Source: an uncultured virus (IMG/VR IMGVR_UViG_3300042337_000191) (Duplodnaviria; Heunggongvirae; Uroviricota; Caudoviricetes). Taken from it: 64,000 nt of DNA. The stretch lies in the IMG/VR virus record IMGVR_UViG_3300042337_000191. One strand, given 5' to 3'. A model generated the notes under the pieces. The model was not told where the DNA came from. It worked only from the letters and a program-made list of their open reading frames with translations, and did no database searches. Positions 24,179 through 34,227 of the stretch are shown in pieces. The translations under genes were made by a program, and so were the position numbers. Within the stretch, counting starts at the first letter, position 1. Every line of letters starts with the position of its first letter.

Positions 24179-25116
24179 CACACAAACTCACATTCAATCA
24201 TAACTTGAACTAGAAATGCCATAAAATTAATTTCAGGATTTGCAGCAAAAGCATTCTGGTATTGATATTTTGCTAGCTGTAGAACCAACACTGGTGCTGT
24301 TTGCTTAGTGCAAATATCAGACGAAATTTCATAGAACTGATTATAAAGATAATTAACATCCGTATCTAGATTATTTTTTACCCACTTACGGATTTCAGTA
24401 TAATTCTGTTCCTTCATCAACTTAACAAGATCCTTGATAGAAGTCTCTGTCATATTTGCTAGAATGCCAGAGTCAATCTTACCAGTCGCTGAATAACGCT
24501 GAAGCTCGTTAAGGACTCGCCGCCAATCTGGGAAGTGCTTATTGATTACTTCAGCAACAACAGCCTTATCAAACTCAATGCTTTCTGATTCAAGAATAAA
24601 TGTAACTCTCTTGAAGAACTGCGTAGCAAGCTTGGCCATAGCCTTCTTGCTAATTTTAAAATCAATTACCGAGCATCTTGAATGCAAAGGTTCAATGATA
24701 CGGTTCTTGAAGTTGCACGTAAGAATGAACCCGCAGTTTCTTGAGAACTCTTCCATAAAATTGCGAAGTGCGGGTTGAGTAGAATTGGCATTAAGATAAT
24801 CCGCTTCGTCAAGGATGACATATTTCCTGCCACCGGAAAGTGATACGGATGACGCAAAGTTGAGTATTTCGTTACGAAGTGTGTCGATATTTCCATTCAT
24901 AGATCCATTAATGACGATATAATCACAACCAAGCTGTTCTAGCATAGCACGTGCTACGGTCGTCTTACCGACACCTGCTGTTCCTGCTAGGATTAAATTA
25001 GGGATATTCTTTTGATCAACAAACTGTTGGAATGTTGCCTTCAAATCACAAGGAAGAATAGTTTCTTCAATAGTCTTAGGTCTGTATTTTTCAGTCCAGA
25101 TAAAATGTTCATCCAT
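24178..25116 (-). CDS. 44: clamp loader ATPase subunit (gp44)
   Basis: WTEKYRP, GTAGVGKTT, ILDEAD, SRC motifs. Confidence 0.95.
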   Translation of the reverse strand: MDEHFIWTEKYRPKTIEETILPCDLKATFQQFVDQKNIPNLILAGTAGVGKTTVARAMLEQLGCDYIVINGSMNGNIDTLRNEILNFASSVSLSGGRKYVILDEADYLNANSTQPALRNFMEEFSRNCGFILTCNFKNRIIEPLHSRCSVIDFKISKKAMAKLATQFFKRVTFILESESIEFDKAVVAEVINKHFPDWRRVLNELQRYSATGKIDSGILANMTETSIKDLVKLMKEQNYTEIRKWVKNNLDTDVNYLYNQFYEISSDICTKQTAPVLVLQLAKYQYQNAFAANPEINFMAFLVQVMIECEFV

Positions 25117-25133
25117 GTCAAAATTCTCCATTA

Positions 25134-25201
25134 TATAAATAAGCGTAGGTCACGGAGTCCCCACTCCTACCTACTCTAACGCTAATTAGGAGCGCCAGCA
25201 T
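25134..25201 (+). promoter_or_regulatory. late promoter plus structured 5' leader (copy B)
   Basis: TATAAATA followed by two hairpins; homologous to 15328-15393. Confidence 0.8.
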
Positions 25202-25753
25202 ATGATTATATATAAAATCACCAACCTTATCAATGGCAAAATTTACGTAGGTAAAACTACAAAAACCGCCAAAGAAAGATTTAAACGCCATTTCTACAAC
25301 CATAAAACTGGTAACACCTACCTCTATAAATCTATGCGAAAACATGGGTTCGATAATTTCAACATAGAAATAATAGAAAAAACTGAAAACTTGAACGAAA
25401 GAGAATCGTTTTGGATATCAGAATTATCGCCCGAATATAATATGACCTCCGGAGGAGATGGAGGAGATACTTCTCAATCCCCAAATTATATTACTGCAAT
25501 AAAACAAAGAGATATATCAGGTCAAAAAAATCCAATGTTTGGAAAGAAAAGAACAGATACTGCAATCTATCTCGTTGCTGCCAGAGAAAAAATGATTCAA
25601 GCAAATAAATGTCCAGTCATTTGCGAAGGTATCGAATATGATTCAGTAGGCAAAGCCCAAGAAGCATATCCTGGAATATCTATACGCAAAAGACTGGACA
25701 ACCCAAAATATCCTAATTTCTATCGCCTAAGAGAAAAAACTATCAAAAGGTAG
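25202..25753 (+). CDS. GIY-YIG homing endonuclease inserted antisense between genes 45 and 44
   Basis: IIYKITNLINGKIYVGKT, YNMTSGGDG, GQKNPMFGK. Confidence 0.88.
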   Translation: MIIYKITNLINGKIYVGKTTKTAKERFKRHFYNHKTGNTYLYKSMRKHGFDNFNIEIIEKTENLNERESFWISELSPEYNMTSGGDGGDTSQSPNYITAIKQRDISGQKNPMFGKKRTDTAIYLVAAREKMIQANKCPVICEGIEYDSVGKAQEAYPGISIRKRLDNPKYPNFYRLREKTIKR

Positions 25754-26396
25754 AACTTGATTCCACGGCAATATAATATTCTACATCATCATGAACAAAA
25801 TGGGAGATACCCTTTGATGAAATATTAACATCATAATCGCCCGGAATGATCTTAATATTCTCAGCCTTAAAGATTGCCTTGAATGCCTTATCAGTATCAC
25901 CAATCTGAACAGAATAGATGTCGCCAGAAGGATTCTTAGAATCAGCAGCCTGTAGATAAAGGTTCTTACCATCACCCATAACAACAATCTCAGGAAGAGC
26001 AAGAATGCCTGCTGCCTTCTCAACATCCTTGAGATTATCATTAGTCAAACGAAAAGTAACATCAACCGAAGGAAGATTGATTTCTCTTTCCGGAGCCTTT
26101 GTTACCGTGCTTTCGTCAGCATACACATAATGAGTCTTACGATTATTGTCAGAAATGTCAACAGACTTATCTCCAAACTTAAAATCTGGATCAGTGAAAG
26201 TGCTAACGATCGAAATGAAACGATCGAGATTATAGATTGCAAATCGTCTATCAAAGTCGGTCTTAACCTTTGCCTTTGCCATGATTGTCTTGGTTGGCGA
26301 AATGGTCTTAAGAACATTGCCTTCCTGAACAACAATGGATGGATTGATCTTCGCAAAGTTCTTCAAAACATTAACTGTATCTGTATCAATCTTCAT
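25743..26396 (-). CDS. 45: sliding clamp (gp45)
   Basis: VLKNFAKINPSI, FAIYNLDRF, KIIPGDY, YYIAVE. Confidence 0.93.
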   Translation of the reverse strand: MKIDTDTVNVLKNFAKINPSIVVQEGNVLKTISPTKTIMAKAKVKTDFDRRFAIYNLDRFISIVSTFTDPDFKFGDKSVDISDNNRKTHYVYADESTVTKAPEREINLPSVDVTFRLTNDNLKDVEKAAGILALPEIVVMGDGKNLYLQAADSKNPSGDIYSVQIGDTDKAFKAIFKAENIKIIPGDYDVNISSKGISHFVHDDVEYYIAVESSSTF

Positions 26397-26411
26397 AATA
26401 TATTTCTCCTA

Positions 26412-27284
26412 TCACTTATTTTTTGACTTCATCATTTTCTTTGATTTGATTGCTCCTGGGTCTGCTGTTGCAGAAACACCAATTGAAGCAAGATCAGCAA
26501 GCGAACCACCAAAGATATAAGTTCCGACGTGCTGCAACTTCATCCATGGACAGAACCATGTGCGTAGACCAATGTCCTGCGCCTTCTGACAGAACCAATA
26601 ATCTTCTGAAAGATAACGCTTAGAAACTGGATCGATTTCTGCCTGGAAATACATAAGGATCTCGCGAGTGCCATCGAAATGTTCTGTGCGCACGTGATCA
26701 GGCTTATAACTATACTTGTCTTTATAGTGATCGTAAAACTTTTGCATGGCATTCTTCGAGACCATCATAAAGCCTGTTCCAATCTCAAGAACCTCTACTG
26801 GCTCATTGACAGGAATAGATTGCTGTCCACCCTTTGGATTAAACACATAATCGCCAACATATCTTTCAAGAACATTTGGATCATCGTCAGCAACGCCCTT
26901 ATCCACAGCGTGCTTAATCTTTTCCCAAGAGATACACTTCTTAGGATATGGACCTCCAATAATGTCATACTTCTCTTCTTCATTGGCCTGAAGAGCCATA
27001 AGAGCAATAACGTCTTGAGGATTGAATCCAATGTCAGAATCAATAAACATTAGATGCTGCATGTTAGAACGCATGAACTCATCACAGCAATAATTACGTG
27101 CACGAGTAATTAGAGATTCATTAAACAAATAATAAAACTGTAATGGAATATTATACTGCGTACAAATAGATGCTAGATCTGAAGCAGACTTAGCAAACAT
27201 ACCAGCGCATTGTCCACCATACATAGGCGCAGCAACAAACAAACCACGCTCTCTCAACTTTTCAATAGGAATCTTAATTTCCAT
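26412..27284 (-). CDS. GT-A fold glycosyltransferase-like protein
   Basis: ESLITRARN, FIDSD (DxD), GTGFMM, YLSEDYWFC. Confidence 0.75.
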   Translation of the reverse strand: MEIKIPIEKLRERGLFVAAPMYGGQCAGMFAKSASDLASICTQYNIPLQFYYLFNESLITRARNYCCDEFMRSNMQHLMFIDSDIGFNPQDVIALMALQANEEEKYDIIGGPYPKKCISWEKIKHAVDKGVADDDPNVLERYVGDYVFNPKGGQQSIPVNEPVEVLEIGTGFMMVSKNAMQKFYDHYKDKYSYKPDHVRTEHFDGTREILMYFQAEIDPVSKRYLSEDYWFCQKAQDIGLRTWFCPWMKLQHVGTYIFGGSLADLASIGVSATADPGAIKSKKMMKSKNK

Positions 27285-27295
27285 AATATACCTTT

Positions 27296-27484
27296 CTATG
27301 CTGTAATAGTATTTTTATAATTACATGATTGACAATGAACTTCTTTTCGAGGAGGATGAGAAGTCAAGATCATATTAGGCTGTGATTCTACCAACTCATC
27401 GCCGCACGCAGGACACTGAATACCAGTACCATGATTCATTCTTACATTTCTCTTTTCTTCTTCATACTCTTCAAGAGTTCTCAT
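27296..27484 (-). CDS. small Zn-ribbon protein
   Basis: CPAC...CQSC. Confidence 0.65.
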   Translation of the reverse strand: MRTLEEYEEEKRNVRMNHGTGIQCPACGDELVESQPNMILTSHPPRKEVHCQSCNYKNTITA

Positions 27485-27852
27485 TTCTTATCCTTGTAGT
27501 GATCTGCATACAACATCATTATAACATAATGAAGAACTTTTAGCAAGTCATCTTTATTGCTGCCATGTTTTTTTCCATAGCGCCAAAGATACTTGATAGC
27601 TGTGTTTCGGAAGGTGGGCATTGAGTCACCGAGGGCGAGCCACACATCAAAACATTCTATATTCTGCTCTTCAGTCATATAATGCTGCCCATATGTCTTA
27701 TCAATATAGGCATGGAAGTCACGAATAATTTCGTCTTCCTTGTATTTATATTTAGGTTCAGTGGAATTTTTCATTCTTGTATCATTAATAATCTTAGTGA
27801 GTGGAACCCATGTTTCTCGAATATCACATCCTTCACCATCTAATCTTGTCAT
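27481..27852 (-). CDS. DUF3310-like protein
   Basis: QHY...IECFD...AIKYLWRYGKK...DLLKVLHY. Confidence 0.7.
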   Translation of the reverse strand: MTRLDGEGCDIRETWVPLTKIINDTRMKNSTEPKYKYKEDEIIRDFHAYIDKTYGQHYMTEEQNIECFDVWLALGDSMPTFRNTAIKYLWRYGKKHGSNKDDLLKVLHYVIMMLYADHYKDKK

Positions 27853-28385
27853 TAAGTCATAACCTCCATAATATAGTCAATAATCTTTTGCTGATCTTCT
27901 TTATTATTGTTTTTCATCTTAGTAGTGTTAAACATCAACGTCATGTTTGACAGAATATTTGCAATCTTAGTTTCTCTGCCCTGAAGCCACGTTTCGTTTT
28001 GGTTACTGCCACGTTCTTTATATCTTTCTTCACGGACAGTTTTATCCGTTTCCAAATAAAGGATCTCTGTGTCATAATTTTCTACGCAATGTTCAAGAAA
28101 GGAGGATGTGAAAAGGCGGTCGCCCTCGAAAAGAACAACCGCATCTTTATCTAAACTTGCTAGGAATTTAACTGCTTCTGGCTGAACGGCCATAGACATA
28201 CGGTCTGTACCGGAAAAGGTTTCACCCTCTTCATACTTACCTAGAATATAAAGACCACCAGCCTGATGATAGGGAACTAATTTGACTTGAGTAAACTGTT
28301 CTAGAAACAGATACTTCTTCATAATCTCTTTCATTAATGTAGACTTACCAGCACCTGGTTCGCCACCAATCGCAATCACTTTCAT
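27852..28385 (-). CDS. P-loop kinase (putative 5-hmU DNA kinase)
   Basis: GGEPGAGKST, LGKY...FSGTDRMS, EGDRL; adjacent to aGPT-Pplase2. Confidence 0.75.
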   Translation of the reverse strand: MKVIAIGGEPGAGKSTLMKEIMKKYLFLEQFTQVKLVPYHQAGGLYILGKYEEGETFSGTDRMSMAVQPEAVKFLASLDKDAVVLFEGDRLFTSSFLEHCVENYDTEILYLETDKTVREERYKERGSNQNETWLQGRETKIANILSNMTLMFNTTKMKNNNKEDQQKIIDYIMEVMT

Positions 28386-29377
28386 TATGTAAACCTTTCA
28401 ATACCAACAGCTTCAGGTTCAACAAACAAACCTGTGCAATCTAGAATACCATTCTCACTATATAAAGCCATTTTACTATTGTTTATTTGATTAGTCAATA
28501 GTTTATTATTTAGGGTCTCAACACGAGCATCCCACATGGGTTGCCAATCAATTCCATCCCAACCATCCTTTTCGCATTGAGCAATTTCTTCTGCCTGACG
28601 ATCAAGATAATAACTTAGGTAACGACCATGTTTAACTCTGAATAACTTTTTAAAAGAACAGAGACATGTTTCCATATCAAAGTAATCAGTATCAGGAAAT
28701 TCCTCCTGAACTTCTTTTAGAATATAATACGCTTGGCCGTCAAGATAATTTATTTGTTTTGCGTTTAGTTTTTGATCATACCATTCATCTAACCCAAGAG
28801 CAAGACATAAACCGTTACGATGTGAACGTGAACCTGAATAATCGTCAAGCATTAGGTTACTTGGTTCAATGGGTAATCCACAACATTGTTTAAGAGTTTG
28901 TAAATAAAACCAAGTTGAGTAACGACCAAACTTATGAAACTTGGTCTTAACTTCGTCCCATAGCGCATCAAAGTTTTCTCTTGGTGTTCCAGTAAGGAAC
29001 GGGCGAAACGCTTCAATTTGAGAACGATCACCAACCCAGTTTTTGTAAGATTCAAACTGTGCAGGCAAATGACCCTTGTTCCACTTAGTGTCTGTTTGAT
29101 AACGTAGTCTTTTATAATTATGATTGTTCCAATCTTTCAGGCGATCAAGACCAACAAGTTCCATGTCTGGAAACTCATTCCATATCACCCAAGTTGTTGG
29201 AAAATAATACGTTGTGCCGTAGATCCAAGCAATCCAGAGTTTTTGTTCTCTGTTATGCTCGAACCTACGGAACAAGTAATTGGTCATAAAGATAGCGGGG
29301 TCGCAATCCTTAATGGAAAGCGACCACCGATACCAGTTTATAAAGTCTTGCTTACTTTTCGAATACGGGTAAGACAT
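28385..29377 (-). CDS. aGPT-Pplase2 / amino acid:DNA transferase family
   Basis: YQTDTKWNKG, FGRYSTWFYLQ, GSRSHRNGL, METCLCSFKK, GRYLSYYLDR. Confidence 0.75.
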   Translation of the reverse strand: MSYPYSKSKQDFINWYRWSLSIKDCDPAIFMTNYLFRRFEHNREQKLWIAWIYGTTYYFPTTWVIWNEFPDMELVGLDRLKDWNNHNYKRLRYQTDTKWNKGHLPAQFESYKNWVGDRSQIEAFRPFLTGTPRENFDALWDEVKTKFHKFGRYSTWFYLQTLKQCCGLPIEPSNLMLDDYSGSRSHRNGLCLALGLDEWYDQKLNAKQINYLDGQAYYILKEVQEEFPDTDYFDMETCLCSFKKLFRVKHGRYLSYYLDRQAEEIAQCEKDGWDGIDWQPMWDARVETLNNKLLTNQINNSKMALYSENGILDCTGLFVEPEAVGIERFT

Positions 29378-30656
29378 CTAGCTCCAATGGAAGATTGCAG
29401 TATTTGATTACTTCTTTGAGATTTTCCACCCAGCCCTTTTCAACAGATTCTGAGTATTCTTCTTTGCTCTTATAGTATACTACAATTGCACCCTTCTTCA
29501 ACTTCTCTGATCGCATATGTCGCAGAGCGTATCCAATAGCTTCACCAAATTTCAGTTTGGTGCCGTGAGTATAAATTGCAGCAATTCCCTTCACTTCATA
29601 CTTATTTGCAGTGTAACGTGTCAAATAAGCATCATCATATGTGATCAAGTTCTTCTGATATTTTAGTTCTGCCTGATCTTTATTGAAGTCTGTCAAAATA
29701 GACTGAAGAGCACCAGATAGCTGCTTTTTTGTTGCAGCAACAGAAGTAAAACGCTCGTAAATAAGTTTGCGAGCCTTCTCTATGTCTTCATTCTTATTAA
29801 AATCAAGCTTGAAGCTAAGAAGATAGTTGATAACATTACGCTTCAAATCTTCTTTGCTGTTTGTCTTCTTGATCTCGAAAGATTCTCTGTTTTCATAAAG
29901 ACCAAACAAATCATAGTTGTTCTGCTTTTCCAATTCATTAGAACCAAATTCTGATTCATGGATGAAAATAACAGGAACGCTATCCCACCCCTTTGCCTTT
30001 TTGGCAGCAGCAAACCTTGTGTTACCATCGACAATCATTTTCGTGCCGCAATCCTTAACGACACAAACAATCGGCTTAAACACCTGTCTTGCTAAGGAAG
30101 GATTCTCTTCCATTCGAGTAACAATCTCACGAACAGAATGAGGGTCAACAATAACAGTTCTTACCTGATTACGTTCAAACTGTTCGACCTCAAAGATAGA
30201 AAGAGTCTCATAGTCTTTAAGGTCAGTAAGATACTTTACATTCTGTGAAAGACGTTCAACCAACTCAACATCAGTTGATGTTGTCTTCTTTCCTTCAATA
30301 CCGTTTCCTCTACCTTCAATATAATCTATGACAATCTTTTTCATGTTTGGTGTTAGCAACGAAAGATCTACGCAATGAGCGTTATTACGCTCAATGTAAA
30401 ACATATCCTTGTTAACTTTAGTACCATAATCAAGAGCAAACCATTCTAGAGTTTGCGCCACATTATCTTGATCAGCAGCGCCTTCGAACAAAAGAGTCTT
30501 TTCCACTAGACCCTTAGAATAGTCTTTCCAAAATTCTTCGTTCTTAAGCGAAGTAATATAATTATAATAATCTTTACCGTTTGGGGATTTATACCCAATG
30601 TTAATCTTACCACTCTTCTTGCAACGCTGACCATAAACCTGAACTGAATTTTGCAT
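29352..30656 (-). CDS. protein with degenerate GIY-YIG-like N-terminus and ParB/Srx-like central domain
   Basis: VYG...INIGYK...YITS; NQVR...KPIVCV...IVDGNTRFAAA; GAGGAG SD before ATG 30656. Confidence 0.55.
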   Translation of the reverse strand: MQNSVQVYGQRCKKSGKINIGYKSPNGKDYYNYITSLKNEEFWKDYSKGLVEKTLLFEGAADQDNVAQTLEWFALDYGTKVNKDMFYIERNNAHCVDLSLLTPNMKKIVIDYIEGRGNGIEGKKTTSTDVELVERLSQNVKYLTDLKDYETLSIFEVEQFERNQVRTVIVDPHSVREIVTRMEENPSLARQVFKPIVCVVKDCGTKMIVDGNTRFAAAKKAKGWDSVPVIFIHESEFGSNELEKQNNYDLFGLYENRESFEIKKTNSKEDLKRNVINYLLSFKLDFNKNEDIEKARKLIYERFTSVAATKKQLSGALQSILTDFNKDQAELKYQKNLITYDDAYLTRYTANKYEVKGIAAIYTHGTKLKFGEAIGYALRHMRSEKLKKGAIVVYYKSKEEYSESVEKGWVENLKEVIKYCNLPLELDVLPVFEK

Positions 30657-30722
30657 GATAATACTCCTCTTAGTGCGGGATAGTACTTCATTACTAGATT
30701 GAGAACTATTCTCAATAAACAT

Positions 30723-30751
30723 ATATTACCACTACTCTGAGAAAATGTCAA
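30723..30751 (-). promoter_or_regulatory. sigma70-type promoter
   Basis: TTGACA-N17-TAATAT. Confidence 0.65.
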
Positions 30752-31304
30752 GCCCTTTATATTCGAGGAAGAGTTCTACGCAACCTCCTTTTCCTTTTTT
30801 GGTTGCAGCCTTATATATCACATCATCCAGAGAGTAATCAATTTTCTCAAACTCCGAAGAGTTTACTCGAAACATAGCCAATAGACATCCACTTTTTTGT
30901 TTACCTACGAATTGTATGCCTAGCTTTTTGTAGAATGGTATAGCAGGAATTTCCGAAGAAACTCGAAAATAATCCGCACTCGAATAGAAAGCATAATACA
31001 AAGATTCATTGCACAATTTTCTAGCAACACCTTTGTTTCTGTGCGCATAAAAAGTGTGAAGCAATTGAAGGTTAGCCGTATAAGGTTTACGTTTTGAAAT
31101 AGTTGTGAGAATGGCTCCGGCAAGGTCATCGCCTTCCCAGAGCCCAACAACTTCGTCCCACTTATTCAACATGTCGCATTTAGCAACAAATGTCTTGGCA
31201 AACTTATCTTCTTTACGATCGCTAATGCTTGCTACAAATTGTTCTCTTGTAACCTTTTTAAACTGCGATAAACTCTCGAGCTTTCTTTCCTCGCTCTTTT
31301 CCAT
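30732..31304 (-). CDS. GNAT acetyltransferase
   Basis: LQLLHT...HRNKGVARKL, AIPFYKKLG; probable start 31304 with GGGAG SD. Confidence 0.8.
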   Translation of the reverse strand: MEKSEERKLESLSQFKKVTREQFVASISDRKEDKFAKTFVAKCDMLNKWDEVVGLWEGDDLAGAILTTISKRKPYTANLQLLHTFYAHRNKGVARKLCNESLYYAFYSSADYFRVSSEIPAIPFYKKLGIQFVGKQKSGCLLAMFRVNSSEFEKIDYSLDDVIYKAATKKGKGGCVELFLEYKGLDIFSE

Positions 31305-32130
31305 ATTTTGTTTTCTCCCATGACGTATAAATCTCGTGATCATATTTTAGTTCAGGAAATTTATAATCGCCCTCAAGAAGAATTTGCAGAACATCTGGGC
31401 CATTATTAAGCGCAGCATCTATAAACGCTTCAACAAATCTAAAAGAATCTTCTAACTCTCTACGATCAAAAGAATTACGGAAACAACGGAACTCAATAGT
31501 TCCTGTGTGCTTCATACAATATGTATTAATAGCATAACGGAATGGGCGACCCATTGATACGCCATCTTTACCAGCAGCATGTAGCTTGATAAAGTGTTCA
31601 AAATCTGTTGCTAAATTAATAATGTTAGCAGACATATAATCTGGCATTAATCGACCACAATCTAACTTTAGATAAGTCTTTGCTGTTTTTGTGGAGGCCA
31701 TATCCGGATGCAATCTAAACGCATGAATACGATCAACTACAACATGTTGATTATCACGGATATATGCTACAAGTCTTTTTAACCCTGCAATATCTTCTCG
31801 AAGACCGGGAACGAAAACATGAATGTGATTATGAGAGATACAGTTGCTAGTAGGAGAACAATTATTTCGCTTATAAAAATCAAGGATTTCAAAAATACGA
31901 TCAACCTGTTCTGGCCAAGTTTTCGTTGGTCTAACATTTATTTCTCCTCCGAATGGTGGTTCAATACCAAGTGGGTCACAAGCAATACCACGATAAGGTG
32001 GATTTAAATTAACAACATCTGTTTCTGAAAACTCCCATTTACCTAAATGTTCTGGAAGTGGAAGGCGGCGATCCACATCTCCCACTTCCATCTCAAACCC
32101 CCAAGTAAAACTCTTTGGGTCATATGTCAT
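31258..32130 (-). CDS. putative amidoligase (COOH-NH2 ligase)
   Basis: WGFEMEV, GGEIN, HNHIHV, RYAIN, TIEFRCF. Confidence 0.75.
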   Translation of the reverse strand: MTYDPKSFTWGFEMEVGDVDRRLPLPEHLGKWEFSETDVVNLNPPYRGIACDPLGIEPPFGGEINVRPTKTWPEQVDRIFEILDFYKRNNCSPTSNCISHNHIHVFVPGLREDIAGLKRLVAYIRDNQHVVVDRIHAFRLHPDMASTKTAKTYLKLDCGRLMPDYMSANIINLATDFEHFIKLHAAGKDGVSMGRPFRYAINTYCMKHTGTIEFRCFRNSFDRRELEDSFRFVEAFIDAALNNGPDVLQILLEGDYKFPELKYDHEIYTSWEKTKYGKERGKKAREFIAV

Positions 32131-32810
32131 TGCAAATCCTCGATCGTTGGAAATTCATACTTATTATAGCTTATTACTTTGAAATTTTCAACTATAAAAA
32201 CTTCGAACATAGGAGCAGTAACTTGGAAACTCAAACCACTCCTCTTTAGAATATCAGCAGTTGATGCAAAGATAATACCATTTGAAGCATATGAATAATG
32301 CAATGGTCTGGCTTCGTTACGAAAAGCAGTAATCACTTTATCTTTATCTAGAGTGCAAACTGACATACTGGAAGGATGAAACTTATGCAAAGGAACTTCG
32401 CCAGCTTCTAAACAACGTAAAATTAATTCGCTATCGTTCTTTGTGATTACATCATATCCAAAAGTTCCTTTCCACTGTTCTGGGTTCTCTTGAGAGATAA
32501 CACCGTTATGAACAATAGAAAGTTCTTCGGTTGCCATTGGCTGATTGTATGCAAGATCGCTAGTTGAGTATCGAACATGACCAATGCAATATAAATTGCC
32601 ATCTTCGTTTGCCCAACTAGAAATATCTTTACTATTAATAAATGTGTAAGCATCAACTGGTTCTTTGATTGTATGAACCTTACCATCTTTAACATATGAT
32701 ACACCTGTGGCATGTTTGCCACGAATCATTGATTCAACAAAAAGTCGACGAACCAGTTCAAATTCTTTTTCGCCGGGATTTTTGATAGCTATGCCTAACA
32801 CTCCACACAT
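32127..32810 (-). CDS. class II (Ntn) glutamine amidotransferase
   Basis: N-terminal MCG, RGKHATG, GHVRYST, HNGVI, NDSE. Confidence 0.88.
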   Translation of the reverse strand: MCGVLGIAIKNPGEKEFELVRRLFVESMIRGKHATGVSYVKDGKVHTIKEPVDAYTFINSKDISSWANEDGNLYCIGHVRYSTSDLAYNQPMATEELSIVHNGVISQENPEQWKGTFGYDVITKNDSELILRCLEAGEVPLHKFHPSSMSVCTLDKDKVITAFRNEARPLHYSYASNGIIFASTADILKRSGLSFQVTAPMFEVFIVENFKVISYNKYEFPTIEDLQ

Positions 32811-34180
32811 TAGAAAAATGCCTCTAGACTCGCTTCTTCTGCCTTACCATAAGGATCTTTCAACCCATGAACATGAAGATAATCATACCATTCCTTATCT
32901 TCCCACATACCTGGGGAAACACCATTCCACAATGGACGCTGCAAAGGATGCGCCTTATTCATACGACGTTCTTCTACATATTGCTTACGTAGCATTTCAT
33001 AATCATATGATTGTAATTCAAGCATCTTCTCACGGAAGTAACAAACTACAGAAATACGCTCAGAAGTAGCGCTATCAGGATTGTTAAGAACAATAGGGGT
33101 ATTTCCATGGATAACTTCATGGTTATTGACAAGCAAAAGGTCACCAGGACGCACATTAACAGCAATTCTATACTCCGGAAAAACAAGGTATCCTCCTGTG
33201 TACTCTCCTGTGCCAAGCACAAGTAGATTACTTAGGCCAGCGTCCAAGTCTCCTGCGTCTCGATGACATGCAGTACGGAATGTTTTATTAACAGTGATTG
33301 TAGTAAACACTGTTTCAGGAACAAGAAAACGTGGATCAAGTTTGTCTGCTGCCGCTTTCTGATTATTCCAACGCCATGGTAGTAATTCCTTAAAACCTCT
33401 ATTCAGAGATTGGAGGAATGGGTATGCCAACTTAAATAGTTCTGGGTACTTTTCAGTATATGAAGTTGCACGCCCATAAGGAATCCGAGGGTAACGATCG
33501 TACCAGCCAGCCACACCTGACCATACTGTTGCTGCATAGTTAGTGGTCGATGCCCACTTTTCTGCGACCATTCTTGCTTCTTCACGAACCATCTCCTTGG
33601 GTTTGTTATTAAGACCATCTACCCACTTATCAAACCAACCATGATATTCTGGATAAACCTTAGTTACTTCTGAACGCAACCAAACAGTCCCACGAACTTC
33701 GTCAACTGGCTTATATCTTGGATCATTATATTTCGCACGAATACTTTCAATTGAAGTATCGTCAAAAAGAGTAGCGCCATCGTCCATTAAGAAGTCAAGT
33801 ACTTCCTGTTGATATGGTGTAACCCAATCACGACCACCACGACCTTCCGTGGCAAGCATTTCACCACGAGGGCCAGCTGCAAGACCACGATTCTGTGATT
33901 CAGTTGCAGCTTCTCTCAAACCAAGATAAGCACTATCTTGTTCTTCTTGACTAAAGTAATTCTTACGGAATTTGAATGCAATACGTAATTCATCATTACC
34001 TTTATCGCAATTTTCGCAATCTTTTGCGCCGCAATCCGCCTTAGTAAGAGGATCGCAAAGCGGCGGCATATAACAATCTGTGTCTTCTTCGATCAAAATG
34101 TCATAATTTGATTCATCAACAAATTGACCAAGAAGGTGTTCACAATCATGTTTTTCTCTTGCTACAATACGTCTAACCAT
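32810..34180 (-). CDS. Tet/JBP-like 2OG-Fe(II) dioxygenase
   Basis: FTTITVNKTFRTACHRDAGD (HxD), HGNTP, ERISVVCYFR; GGAGG SD before 34180. Confidence 0.82.
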   Translation of the reverse strand: MVRRIVAREKHDCEHLLGQFVDESNYDILIEEDTDCYMPPLCDPLTKADCGAKDCENCDKGNDELRIAFKFRKNYFSQEEQDSAYLGLREAATESQNRGLAAGPRGEMLATEGRGGRDWVTPYQQEVLDFLMDDGATLFDDTSIESIRAKYNDPRYKPVDEVRGTVWLRSEVTKVYPEYHGWFDKWVDGLNNKPKEMVREEARMVAEKWASTTNYAATVWSGVAGWYDRYPRIPYGRATSYTEKYPELFKLAYPFLQSLNRGFKELLPWRWNNQKAAADKLDPRFLVPETVFTTITVNKTFRTACHRDAGDLDAGLSNLLVLGTGEYTGGYLVFPEYRIAVNVRPGDLLLVNNHEVIHGNTPIVLNNPDSATSERISVVCYFREKMLELQSYDYEMLRKQYVEERRMNKAHPLQRPLWNGVSPGMWEDKEWYDYLHVHGLKDPYGKAEEASLEAFF

Positions 34181-34227
34181 AATTTGCCTCCACAATTTCT
34201 TTCATCATGTAGTATATATGCAAACTT

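Noticed and set aside
31250..31304. Programmed +1 frameshift fusing amidoligase and GNAT (GTT TAA AAA G)
   Set aside because: Re-pairing from GUU to UUU is poor, and an in-frame ATG at 31304 with a GGGAG SD explains the overlap
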